Positions 9,060 to 18,597 of a stretch of 64,000 nt of DNA are shown in pieces. Under the pieces are notes generated by a model that worked only from the letters and a program-made list of their open reading frames with translations, was not told where the DNA came from and did not search any database. The stretch covers positions 16,733 to 80,732 of the forward strand of contig JANLHP010000026.1 of the NCBI GenBank assembly GCA_024654445.1, given 5' to 3'. The stretch's first letter is position 1. Each line of letters begins with the position of its first letter. Source of the DNA: Candidatus Curtissbacteria bacterium (GTDB lineage Bacteria; Patescibacteriota; Microgenomatia; Curtissbacterales; GWA2-41-24). A program made the position numbers and the translations under genes.

Positions 9060-9985
9060 AAAATATTAAAAGGACAGTAACTATTGGTATACCTGCTCAT
9101 AATGAAGAGAACAATATTGGGCTCTTGCTCGAGTCGATCTTAAGACAAAGACAAGGAAGCTATAAGCTCGAAAAAATTATTGTTGTGTGTGATGGCTGTC
9201 GCGACAAAACGGCAAAAATTGTGCGCCAATTTTCAAAATCAAATAAAGCGATCCTGCTCGTGAACGATGGAAAAAGATTAGGCAAAGGAGAAAGAATAAA
9301 CCAACTTTTCCAAATTACAAATTCTGACATTTTTATTAATTTTGACGCCGATATTACCTTGCCTGACACAGAGACCATAGCCAAGATGGTTAAGGGACTA
9401 TCCGATCCCAAAGTTGGGATTGTCAACGTAAAAAATACACCACTGGCACCCACCACATTGACAGAAAAATTAGCTAACGTTTATGAATGTTTTTGGTATG
9501 AAGTTACCAGAAATATCAATGACGGTAATAATGTTCACAATAGTACAGGAACTGCGTATGCGATTAGAAAAGAACTTTTTAAGAAGGTAACTTTGGAGCA
9601 TTGGGCAGTTGCGGAAGATCACTACTTATATTTTGAATGCGTCAAAAATGGGTTCACATTTAAATTTATTAAAAGTACAGAGGTCTTCTATAGACTTCCG
9701 AATAACCTCTCCGATTACATAAAACAGCAATCAAGATGGACCCTATCAAAGAAAAAGTTGGAAGATAATCTTGAGGATTGGACAAGCAAACACTACAGCA
9801 TCCCCAGAAACACGAAATATAAAGCTTATATGTACATGTTCTTAAAGCAGCCGATAATGATGCCTCTTGCAACTGTAATCCAATTGCTTATGAGGATTTA
9901 TAAATTTAGATATGTTAATTCTAACAATCCCGCTTGGGAGCCTATAAAGTCCTCGAAGAGAATGAACCTTACCACACTAAGATGA
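9056..9985 (+). CDS. GT2 glycosyltransferase (tandem paralog 1)
   Basis: N-term VTIGIPAHNEENNIGLLLESIL, DxD FDADI, C-term QQSRW-like motif. ATGA overlap with upstream gene. Confidence 0.75.
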   Translation: MKNIKRTVTIGIPAHNEENNIGLLLESILRQRQGSYKLEKIIVVCDGCRDKTAKIVRQFSKSNKAILLVNDGKRLGKGERINQLFQITNSDIFINFDADITLPDTETIAKMVKGLSDPKVGIVNVKNTPLAPTTLTEKLANVYECFWYEVTRNINDGNNVHNSTGTAYAIRKELFKKVTLEHWAVAEDHYLYFECVKNGFTFKFIKSTEVFYRLPNNLSDYIKQQSRWTLSKKKLEDNLEDWTSKHYSIPRNTKYKAYMYMFLKQPIMMPLATVIQLLMRIYKFRYVNSNNPAWEPIKSSKRMNLTTLR

Positions 9986-10881
9986 AACAATTAAAGAATA
10001 TTTCCATAGGTATATCAGCTTATAACGAAGGCAAGAATATTAAAAAATTGCTCGATGAGATCTTAAATCAAGAAAAGAATAGGTGGCGTCTTAGCGAGAT
10101 TCTTATCTATTGTGACGGATGTTCTGACAATACCATAAATCAGGCGCAAACCGTAAAAAACAGCCTGATCAAAATTATAGACGGTAAAAAAAGAATGGGT
10201 AAAACTTACAGATTAAAACAAATGTTCGAACAATTTTCAGGCGAAATTTTAATCATGTTCGATGGAGACATAGAACTTGGCGACAAAAACGTTGTTACGA
10301 ATTTAATTAAGCCATTTCGAAACAAAAACGTAATGCTTGTCGGCGGAAACTCGAAACCGTTTACACCCAGAACATTTTTCGAAAGATCTGTTTACTCAAC
10401 CTTTTCCGTCTTTTACGACTCAAGGCTAAAGATAAACGGCGGCAATAACATATTTGGTTGCACCGGCTCTGTCTTAGCAACTCGCGGCAATTTCGCAAAA
10501 TCATTAAACCTTCCAGATTTAATTAATGAAGACGCCTACATTTATCTAAAATGTCTCTCCAGAGGATTCCAATTTAAGTACGTCGACAAAGCAATTGTCT
10601 ATTATAAATTGCCGACAAATTTAAAAGATTATCTCAGACAACTTTTCAGGTCAGACCCCAGAGCCGTCACAGAAGAACTAGAAACCTATTTTGGGCAGCT
10701 TGTAGAAAGTGAATTTAATCGTCCTCCCAAATTCTATATAAGGGCAGTCGCCAAAGCACTTTTGAAAAATCCAACAGGAGCAAGCTTCATAGCAATAGTA
10801 AACGTCCTTTGCAAACCGTTTATTAAAAAAATATCGAAAAATTATAAACTGACATGGTTTACGGCAATCTCAACCCATTAA
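9982..10881 (+). CDS. GT2 glycosyltransferase (tandem paralog 2)
   Basis: ISIGISAYNEGKNIKKLLDEILNQ, FDGDI. ATG at 9982 forms an ATGA overlap with the upstream stop. The ORF-track start at 9934 lies inside the upstream gene. Confidence 0.75.
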   Translation: MKQLKNISIGISAYNEGKNIKKLLDEILNQEKNRWRLSEILIYCDGCSDNTINQAQTVKNSLIKIIDGKKRMGKTYRLKQMFEQFSGEILIMFDGDIELGDKNVVTNLIKPFRNKNVMLVGGNSKPFTPRTFFERSVYSTFSVFYDSRLKINGGNNIFGCTGSVLATRGNFAKSLNLPDLINEDAYIYLKCLSRGFQFKYVDKAIVYYKLPTNLKDYLRQLFRSDPRAVTEELETYFGQLVESEFNRPPKFYIRAVAKALLKNPTGASFIAIVNVLCKPFIKKISKNYKLTWFTAISTH

Positions 10882-10883
10882 AA

Positions 10884-12713
10884 ATGAAAATCCAAAATCT
10901 TTCGACTCAAAATATGATAAAAGGCCAAATTGGCAGCCTACTTAACAGGTGGCTCTTCCGCGGCAGCAAAAATGTTAAAAGAGTAACGATAAAAGTAGAG
11001 GGCGGAAGAAAAGTATTTATTAAACAACACACATTTAAATTCAAAGATATGGATTACTACTACTTGGTAAACGAGGCAAATGTAATTAAAACTTTAAACA
11101 AAGCAAAACATACTATAAAAGACAGAGTACATTTTCCAAAGTTTGTGGACTTTGTGGAAGAAGAAAACAAGGTCACGCTTAAAACGGAATACGAGGGAGG
11201 CAGAAAGCTAAGCGAGCTTACCTCCAAGCAAAGATTAGAAATACTGGAAGAATGCCTTCATTCAATCTGGACGACTTCTGCAAAGTTAAGAGACAAAAAA
11301 CTAAGTTATGTTGCTAAAAGAACAAATAACTCGTTTTTTGCCTTCCTTCCTTATTATATTGTGAGAGCTTTTTCAAAAGATTTAAAAAACTACTCGACTT
11401 ACTTTGGGTTAATATTCAAGTTTTACAAATACTATTTAGCCAGCTACTTTATTAACAATATCCCAACTCTAACACATAGAGACCTTGATCCTGATAACAT
11501 AAAAATTTCAAGAAACGGGGAAATATCAATTTACGATTGGGAGAATGCTGTAATGAGCGATAAACTTTTCGACCTTGCGTCGATTTGTGAAATTTACTCA
11601 AATGAAATTAAAAACGATCATCTTTCAAGGATGCTCCGAAACACACTCGAGACTAAATCTGAGATTGACAGACTTTTGGCTCTTTCCATTTTTAGCTCGA
11701 CCCAAAAACTGGCACTTTACCCTAAAAGGTCCAAGTCTTATAAAAACGCAAAGATTAATTTGGCGAATCTAGAAACTATTAAAAACAATTTAACGAGAGA
11801 CAAAAGAACGTTATTTGAAATCGTTAATTCTCTAACCCTTAACATTCTAAGCTTTACGTACCAAAAGATATCGCCCGAAAAAATCAAAAGCAGCAAAAAA
11901 ACCGTTTTATGCTATCACTCGATAAGTAATTCGTCTTGGAGATATTCAATGAGGAAAACAGATTTTGCAAGACAAATAGAATTTCTTAGAAAGAACTATA
12001 ATTTGGTGTCTCTCCCAACTCTGCTTGATAAAAGAACAAAAAGGGGTATCGCGATAACTTTCGATGACGGATACGCTGACGTTTATGAAAATGCCCTTCC
12101 GGTTCTCAAGGCTTATAAAGTTCCAGCTACAATTTTCGTCCTTGGTGATAGAGAGCACCCAAATAGAAAGGAACTTGATAATAACGAAAAACTTATGACA
12201 ATCTCGCAAATAAAAGAACTTCACGCCAAGGGGTGGGAAGTAGGCTTTCATACAAAAACACACTCAAAACTAGGCGATTTATCAGACCACGAGCTAAAAG
12301 CAGAGATTATTGATGGGAAAAGAGAACTCGAAAATAAACTTGGCTTTACCATGAAATATTTCGCGTACCCATTCGGAATTTATTCAAGAGAAATCATAAA
12401 CGCTGTCAAATCAGCCAGGTTTGAAGCTGCCTTTACAGTCGATGGGTCAGAAATAAAACATGGAAACAATCTCCTTATAAGTAGGGTGCCGACAGAGGGT
12501 GATCTTAGTGTCAACCAATTTGCAGCACTCATCTCGCCCATCGGGCTTATAATTAACCAGATTTTCATGTCAACTCTTAAGACAAAAGCCAAAACAACCA
12601 AGAAAATTTCGTGTATAATTTCCAGCGATCGCTGGAAATTACATCAGGCGAGCGAAGCGAGAGCTGATATAATAACTGACTTGAAAACACAATTTAAAAA
12701 AGAAAAAAATTGA
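10884..12713 (+). CDS. fusion protein: N-terminal protein-kinase-like/aminoglycoside-phosphotransferase-fold domain + C-terminal NodB-type polysaccharide deacetylase (CE4)
   Basis: HRDLDPDNIKISRNGEISIYDWENA (HxDxxxxN...DxE kinase-like catalytic/Mg motifs). C-term GIAITFDDGYADVYENALPVLKAYKVPATIFVLGD...GWEVGFHTKTH (CE4 motifs). ATG at 10884 follows the upstream TAA by 2 nt. Confidence 0.6.
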   Translation: MKIQNLSTQNMIKGQIGSLLNRWLFRGSKNVKRVTIKVEGGRKVFIKQHTFKFKDMDYYYLVNEANVIKTLNKAKHTIKDRVHFPKFVDFVEEENKVTLKTEYEGGRKLSELTSKQRLEILEECLHSIWTTSAKLRDKKLSYVAKRTNNSFFAFLPYYIVRAFSKDLKNYSTYFGLIFKFYKYYLASYFINNIPTLTHRDLDPDNIKISRNGEISIYDWENAVMSDKLFDLASICEIYSNEIKNDHLSRMLRNTLETKSEIDRLLALSIFSSTQKLALYPKRSKSYKNAKINLANLETIKNNLTRDKRTLFEIVNSLTLNILSFTYQKISPEKIKSSKKTVLCYHSISNSSWRYSMRKTDFARQIEFLRKNYNLVSLPTLLDKRTKRGIAITFDDGYADVYENALPVLKAYKVPATIFVLGDREHPNRKELDNNEKLMTISQIKELHAKGWEVGFHTKTHSKLGDLSDHELKAEIIDGKRELENKLGFTMKYFAYPFGIYSREIINAVKSARFEAAFTVDGSEIKHGNNLLISRVPTEGDLSVNQFAALISPIGLIINQIFMSTLKTKAKTTKKISCIISSDRWKLHQASEARADIITDLKTQFKKEKN

Positions 12714-12722
12714 GGTTGATAT

Positions 12723-14006
12723 ATGAACGCTAAAGGGTTAAAGCAATACAAAATAGGCATAGTAGGGACGGGCTTCGTCGCTCGAGGCCTCATGTTCTCT
12801 CTTAAATATCATCCAGAGTTGGAACTTGGTGGAGTACTTACAAGACGATCCATATCCCGGCTTGATGTTCCCGCCGCAAAAAAACTCATTACTCACGACA
12901 TTAACAAGTTGATCAAAAACTGCGACCTCATTGTCGAATGTAGCGGAGACGCTGTTCATGGAACAGATGTTGCAGAAGCAGTTTTAAAAGCAGGACTTCC
13001 AGTTGTCACCATGAACCCGGAATTGCAAATCACAACGGGCTCGATTCTTTGCCAAATGGGTACATTTATAGAAGCAGAAGGCGACCAACCTGGAACGATT
13101 GCTGCTCTTGATAATGAAGTCAGGAGCATGGGTTTCAAGCCGATCGTTTACGGGAATATTAAAAGATTTCTCAACCTAAGTCCAACAGAGGAAGAGATGG
13201 AATACTGGTCCAAAAGACAAGGAATTAGTATGGATCAGGTTACGGCTTTCACAGACGGAAGTAAGGTACAAATTGAACAGGCACTTGTCGCAAACGGTCT
13301 TGGAGCAACAATTGCAAATAGAGGACTCCTTGGAATTCCTTGTAAAGATTTAGAAGATGGCGCCCAAAGACTTGGAGAAGTCGCCGACGAAATCGGCAAA
13401 CCTATTAGCGATTATGTTCTTTCCCCCACATCACCCGCCGGAGTTTTCATTGTCGCCAAGCACGATCGCGAACAGCAACCATACCTTGAATATTTAAAAC
13501 TTGGCCCTGGGCCCAACTACGTCTTATTAAAACCATACCACCTTGTTCATCTGGAAATACTAAAGACCTTAACCAATGTATTAAAAGGCGACAGATCCTA
13601 CAAATTTAATAATGGTACAAATCCAACGGCGCAAGTTGTCGCAATTACCAAAAGAAAAATAGAAGCGGGGGAAACAGTCGGAAGGGGCCTAGGAAGTTTT
13701 GACATTCGCGGAGAAGCGGTAAAGATTGAAAACTATCCTGATTGTGTTCCAATCGGATTGATGCAAGACGTTAAATTTGTAAAAACGGTAGACGAAGGAC
13801 AGATTGTAAAATTCTCGGACGTAGAGCTTCCAAAGACAAGAGCGCTGGATCTGTGGAAGCTGATACTTGAGAATCAAAAAAATAAATCAGAAACTAAGAA
13901 AAAAATCTCAAGAATAAACGTTAGTCCCCGATCAAATGGAAAGAGAACTCCGAAAATTAACTTCTCCGTTACAAATTTACGAATCCAAAACAAAAGAAAA
14001 AAATGA
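12723..14006 (+). CDS. NAD(P)-binding oxidoreductase with C-terminal SAF domain (COG4091-like 'predicted homoserine dehydrogenase' architecture)
   Basis: N-term Rossmann GIVGTGFVARG. C-term VVAITKRKIEAGETV...IVKFSDVEL resembles a SAF/NeuB-C-terminal sugar-binding domain. GAGG RBS upstream. Confidence 0.45.
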   Translation: MNAKGLKQYKIGIVGTGFVARGLMFSLKYHPELELGGVLTRRSISRLDVPAAKKLITHDINKLIKNCDLIVECSGDAVHGTDVAEAVLKAGLPVVTMNPELQITTGSILCQMGTFIEAEGDQPGTIAALDNEVRSMGFKPIVYGNIKRFLNLSPTEEEMEYWSKRQGISMDQVTAFTDGSKVQIEQALVANGLGATIANRGLLGIPCKDLEDGAQRLGEVADEIGKPISDYVLSPTSPAGVFIVAKHDREQQPYLEYLKLGPGPNYVLLKPYHLVHLEILKTLTNVLKGDRSYKFNNGTNPTAQVVAITKRKIEAGETVGRGLGSFDIRGEAVKIENYPDCVPIGLMQDVKFVKTVDEGQIVKFSDVELPKTRALDLWKLILENQKNKSETKKKISRINVSPRSNGKRTPKINFSVTNLRIQNKRKK

Positions 14007-14935
14007 AACGAATTACATTGACTATCGGTATCCCTGCTTATAACGAACAAGAGAATATTTCCAGCCTCCTGGATTCGATTAGTGCCCAAAAACAGAAGTC
14101 TTACAAAGTTGAAAAAATTATAATTGTCGCCGACGGATGCACAGATTCAACTGAAGACATTATAAAAAAACGTATGAAATCAAATAAGCTAATTAATTTA
14201 ATGGTCGGAGCGAAAAGAGAAGGGAAAGCAAAAGCGTTAAATATAATTTATAAAAACAGCCAAAGCGACCTTCTTTTAACAATAGACGCGGACCTTATCT
14301 TTGTAGGGAATAATTCAATCGAAGAAATGGTAAAAACGATCAAACGTAATCCTAAAACAAATTTAGTCGGCCCCCGACACGTACCGGTACGGCCTAAATC
14401 ATTAATGGGAAAATTCGCGTACGTTTCATATTTAAGTTTTGAAGACGCTTTTTTGAAATTAAACAACGGCAATAATTTTTACGCAATGATGGCAACTGGT
14501 CTTATTAGAAAAGACTTTTATAAAACGTTCACCTACCCAGAAGGCACAATATCGGATCAATGCTATCTTTACGTATCAGCAACAAGAAACAACAAATACG
14601 GGTTCAAGCTGTCAAAAAATGCCCACGTGATGTTCAGAACAGTCAGCACCTTTGAAGATTGGAGAATTCTTGGGGTAAGGTCTGTAATTATGGACAAAGA
14701 AAATGTTGCAGGCTATTTTGGTCGGGACATCTTAAGCGAATTCAGTATACCTAAAAAACTATTTTTTACGTCTCTTTTAAAGTGGCTCATAAAGAGCCCG
14801 ATTTATACGACAGGTTCAATATTGATGAACATCTATATTCGTAAGTTTCCAAAACGAGAACTTATGCCTAAAAACGGGATGTGGGAACTCGCAAAATCAT
14901 CCAAAAAGAATATCCGATTAACAAAAACAATATGA
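14003..14935 (+). CDS. GT2 glycosyltransferase (tandem paralog 3)
   Basis: LTIGIPAYNEQENISSLLDSISAQ, IDADL. ATGA overlap with upstream gene. Confidence 0.75.
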   Translation: MKRITLTIGIPAYNEQENISSLLDSISAQKQKSYKVEKIIIVADGCTDSTEDIIKKRMKSNKLINLMVGAKREGKAKALNIIYKNSQSDLLLTIDADLIFVGNNSIEEMVKTIKRNPKTNLVGPRHVPVRPKSLMGKFAYVSYLSFEDAFLKLNNGNNFYAMMATGLIRKDFYKTFTYPEGTISDQCYLYVSATRNNKYGFKLSKNAHVMFRTVSTFEDWRILGVRSVIMDKENVAGYFGRDILSEFSIPKKLFFTSLLKWLIKSPIYTTGSILMNIYIRKFPKRELMPKNGMWELAKSSKKNIRLTKTI

Positions 14936-16053
14936 AAATTTGTTTTATAGGTACATATGATAAGAATTACACTGGCAACAAAATTGTCTTAGAGGGGCTT
15001 TTGCGAAACAAAGTAAAAGTTTCAGAAGTCAACGCCGAAGTGAAATTGACCAGACTCGATAGCAAAAAAGATATGACTTGGATGAATATGGCCAAAAGGC
15101 TTGCCAAAAAATACAGATTCGCAGTCGTTGTCGGCAAAAACATAGACAAGATTAAAAACTCAGACATCTTTTACGTCGGATACCCAGGACACATGGATGT
15201 CCTCCTTGTTTATCCGCTTGCAAAAACATTCAACAAGAAAATTGCCTTCGCACCAGTAATAAGTTTCTATAGCGGTTTTTCAGACGAGCAAGGAATCCTC
15301 AACAAAGGATCTGTAATGGCAACAATATCAAAATATGGAGAGACATTAGTCTACAAATGTGTGGATCTTGTTTTGCCAGACACACCGTATCAAAAAGAGT
15401 TCTTTCAAAAAACCTTTAATATTCCAGAGCGAAAATTAAGGGTTCTACCTATAGGCGCAGACGATAAATATTACAAACATACTCCTTATAAAAATAAGTC
15501 TAAAAAAATCAACGTTGTCTACTATGGACTCTACAGTCCGATCCATGGCGTAGAATACATCATAGAGGCTGCCAACCTTCTTAAGAACGACCGCGACATC
15601 AAATTTACATTTGTAGGACAAGGAAATACGTTTGAAGAAAATTACAACCGAGCCCAAAAATTACACCTCGAAAATGTAGAATTTTTCCACGATATCCCAG
15701 TCGAAGAACATCCGGCGATTATAGAAAAAGCCGACATATTTTTAGGCTTCTTAGAAAAGCACCCGACGGTAGAAAGAGTCATACCGAATAAGGTCTATCA
15801 AGGCCTTGCGCTTGGCAAAGTTGTAGTAACTACAGACGTTCCCGTAATAAGAAGCATATTTACTCATAAAGAAAACATGTACTTCACAAAACCGGCCAGC
15901 GCAGAAGAATTGGCAAAAGCAATTAAAGAATTAAAAGAGAAACCTGTGCTAAGAAAGAAAATCGCAGACAACGGATACGCGCTTTTCAAGAAAAAATTTA
16001 CCCCAAAGGCAGTTGGGAATCAGCTACTACACTTCATGGAGGAGGTAATATAA
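14932..16053 (+). CDS. glycosyltransferase, GT-B fold (GT1/GT4-like)
   Basis: MKICFIGTYDKNYTGN... and C-terminal ...VIPNKVYQGLALGKVVVTTDVPVIRSIF...ELAKAIKEL, typical of a GT-B C-domain. ATG at 14932 forms an ATGA overlap. The ORF-track start at 14881 is a GTG inside the upstream gene. Confidence 0.5.
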   Translation: MKICFIGTYDKNYTGNKIVLEGLLRNKVKVSEVNAEVKLTRLDSKKDMTWMNMAKRLAKKYRFAVVVGKNIDKIKNSDIFYVGYPGHMDVLLVYPLAKTFNKKIAFAPVISFYSGFSDEQGILNKGSVMATISKYGETLVYKCVDLVLPDTPYQKEFFQKTFNIPERKLRVLPIGADDKYYKHTPYKNKSKKINVVYYGLYSPIHGVEYIIEAANLLKNDRDIKFTFVGQGNTFEENYNRAQKLHLENVEFFHDIPVEEHPAIIEKADIFLGFLEKHPTVERVIPNKVYQGLALGKVVVTTDVPVIRSIFTHKENMYFTKPASAEELAKAIKELKEKPVLRKKIADNGYALFKKKFTPKAVGNQLLHFMEEVI

Positions 16054-16701
16054 ATGGAAAGGGCTCTAAGGTTTACAACACTTATACCAACTGGTTTTGA
16101 GGAATTAACACTAGACTCTTTGATCTCCAGCGGAATCCAGACAGCTTACAAAATTCTCCATTTTGTTGCGCATGCAAGAGTGATGTTCCTAAGCTTATTT
16201 CTAAAATCTGTCGGCTACAACGTTTCTATACAAAAAGATTGTACGTTTGCAAACCCAAGGTCTATCGAGATCGGCAACCAAGTGTTTATCAACTTTGGCG
16301 TTAAATTCTTAAACACTCAGGAGGCTGGAGTAAAAATTGGCAACTTTGTAAACATTGGCCCGAAAGTGACGTTTATAACTGCAAACTATTTATTCAACGA
16401 TTGGATATACCCAATGAACTACAAGTCTCAACTAATTCATAGTCCCATCGAAGTTGCTGACGACGTCTGGATTGGAGCAAACGCGACTATCCTGCCAGGA
16501 GTAAAAATTGGAAGGGGAGCAGTAGTCGGTGCTGGAGCAGTAGTTACTAAAAATGTTCCGCCATATGCAATTGTAGGGGGAGTACCAGCGAAGGTAATCA
16601 AACACCGCTTTGATAAAGAGACAATAGAAGAAGCGATTAAAGTTGACTTCACGCCATTCTACAAAAAAGTTCCCAAAGATCACATTAGGCGAATAGACTA
16701 A
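16054..16701 (+). CDS. hexapeptide-repeat (LbH) sugar acetyltransferase
   Basis: [49 protein letters not shown]. Confidence 0.8.
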   Translation: MERALRFTTLIPTGFEELTLDSLISSGIQTAYKILHFVAHARVMFLSLFLKSVGYNVSIQKDCTFANPRSIEIGNQVFINFGVKFLNTQEAGVKIGNFVNIGPKVTFITANYLFNDWIYPMNYKSQLIHSPIEVADDVWIGANATILPGVKIGRGAVVGAGAVVTKNVPPYAIVGGVPAKVIKHRFDKETIEEAIKVDFTPFYKKVPKDHIRRID

Positions 16702-16731
16702 TTTTAATCAAATTACAAAAAGGAGATTCTA

Positions 16732-17634
16732 ATGAAAAAATCTACTGTTAGTTTAGGCATACCGGCATATAACGAAGAAAAAAATATTAAGCCACTATTA
16801 AAATCGCTTCTTGAGCAAAAGCTTACAAAGGTCAAGCTGAATGAGATTATCATCATTTCTGACGGAAGTACGGATGGAACAATCGAAGAAGCGCAATCAT
16901 TAAAAAGTCGCTATCTCAAAATAATTAAACATAAAAAAAGATCAGGCAGCAGGGCGATTCAGAATGAAATCGTAAATCGCGCAAATGCTAACGTACTCAT
17001 AATTTTAAATGCAGACGTTCTTCCGGTTGGGAGAAATTTTATAGAAGAAATCACAGCGCCTATTTTAAGGAATTCAAAAGTGGGCTTAGTTGGTGCAGAC
17101 ACAATAAGCGCAAGTCCTAAAACGTGGGTCGAAAAAATTATCGCAACTAGCCATGAGCTTAAAAAAGAGATTTATAAAAAAATAAACAAAGGGAGCAATG
17201 TTTATCTATGCCATGGAAGAGCAAGAGCCTTTTCGCGAGACTTTTACTCACAAATAAAATGGCCCGACGATTGCCCCGAAGATCCATACTCATATTTTTT
17301 ATGTATTAAAAACGGATTCAAATTTGTCTTTGCGCCAAAAGCAAAAGTCCTGTTTCGGTCCCCTGCAACTTTTAAGGATCATTTAAAACAAAGCAGCCGA
17401 TTTTTTGAAGGCAAAGAAAAGCTTAAATTACATTTCGACAAACAATTGGTCGAACAAGAGTACCAAATACCCACATTTAAAAGGCTAAGAGCAGTAGTTA
17501 AATTTATGTTTATTTCACCCATAATTACGACGATATATTTAATAATTTACCACTACATTAAATTCTTCAGTCCCATAATTGGCGTTGACCAAGCAAAGTG
17601 GGAAGTTTCAACGAGTACAAAAGATGTAATCTAA
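16732..17634 (+). CDS. GT2 glycosyltransferase (tandem paralog 4)
   Basis: VSLGIPAYNEEKNIKPLLKSLLEQ, LNADV. AAAGGAG 8 nt upstream of ATG. Confidence 0.75.
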   Translation: MKKSTVSLGIPAYNEEKNIKPLLKSLLEQKLTKVKLNEIIIISDGSTDGTIEEAQSLKSRYLKIIKHKKRSGSRAIQNEIVNRANANVLIILNADVLPVGRNFIEEITAPILRNSKVGLVGADTISASPKTWVEKIIATSHELKKEIYKKINKGSNVYLCHGRARAFSRDFYSQIKWPDDCPEDPYSYFLCIKNGFKFVFAPKAKVLFRSPATFKDHLKQSSRFFEGKEKLKLHFDKQLVEQEYQIPTFKRLRAVVKFMFISPIITTIYLIIYHYIKFFSPIIGVDQAKWEVSTSTKDVI

Positions 17635-18555
17635 ATGAAAAAACCAGCTGTAACAATTGCCGTCTGCGCGTATAACGAGGAAGAAAATATTGCTAATTTT
17701 TTAAAATCCGTCGCAAAACAAAAGGAAGACGGTTTTGTAATCACGAAAATAATTGTTCATTCGGACGGATCGACGGATAAAACACCACAAATCGTAAAAT
17801 CGCTCAACATACCTAAAGTTCACCTCTTTGAACACAAAACAAGAACAGGAAAGTCAACTCACCTCAACCAAATATATAAAGATCTCGACACAGACTTTCT
17901 TGTTCAAACCGATGCTGACGTTATTTTTGCTCATGAATTTGTAACCAGGGATATGATCAAGCCTTTAATGAAAGATAAAACGGTTGGCATGTGCGGAGGC
18001 AATCCTGAACCGATCTCTGGAAATTCATATTGGGAAAAAGTGTGCAAAGTGGCTTTTGAACCTTATCAGCAATTCCGTAACGAAGTAAGAGGTGGCGATA
18101 ACGCATTTTCTGCAATAGGCCAAATCCTTTCTTATCGAAGAGAACTCGTAAAACAGATTAGCATCCCTTCAGACATGGTTACAAATGATATCTTTACTTA
18201 TTTCTGCTGCCTAAAGGCGGGTCTCAAATACAAGTTTGTCAAAAGCGGAACTGTTTATTATCGGGCACCCAAAAACCTGGCAGATATTGTAAAACAGAAC
18301 ACGCGTTTCAAAGTCGGCCATCAAAGAATGTATGAAATGTTTGATTCCGATATGGTCACAAAAGAATTAAGTGTGCCAAACTTAGCTCTTTATACAAAAT
18401 TATTACAACAAGTGGCAAAGCATCCTTTAAAATCGACAATATATTATTTAATCAACGTCTACTGCAAATTTAAGACTAGAAGCGATCGTAAAAAGCTTGA
18501 CGCCAAATGGCCTATTGCTAAAAGCACAAAACTCCTAAGTCGAAATCAGCTTTAA
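17635..18555 (+). CDS. GT2 glycosyltransferase (tandem paralog 5)
   Basis: VTIAVCAYNEEENIANFLKSVAKQ, TDADV. ATG directly abuts the upstream TAA. Confidence 0.75.
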   Translation: MKKPAVTIAVCAYNEEENIANFLKSVAKQKEDGFVITKIIVHSDGSTDKTPQIVKSLNIPKVHLFEHKTRTGKSTHLNQIYKDLDTDFLVQTDADVIFAHEFVTRDMIKPLMKDKTVGMCGGNPEPISGNSYWEKVCKVAFEPYQQFRNEVRGGDNAFSAIGQILSYRRELVKQISIPSDMVTNDIFTYFCCLKAGLKYKFVKSGTVYYRAPKNLADIVKQNTRFKVGHQRMYEMFDSDMVTKELSVPNLALYTKLLQQVAKHPLKSTIYYLINVYCKFKTRSDRKKLDAKWPIAKSTKLLSRNQL

Positions 18556-18597
18556 GGGTCTTGCAAAGACGTTGTCCTTGGTGCAAAGTAAAATAGA

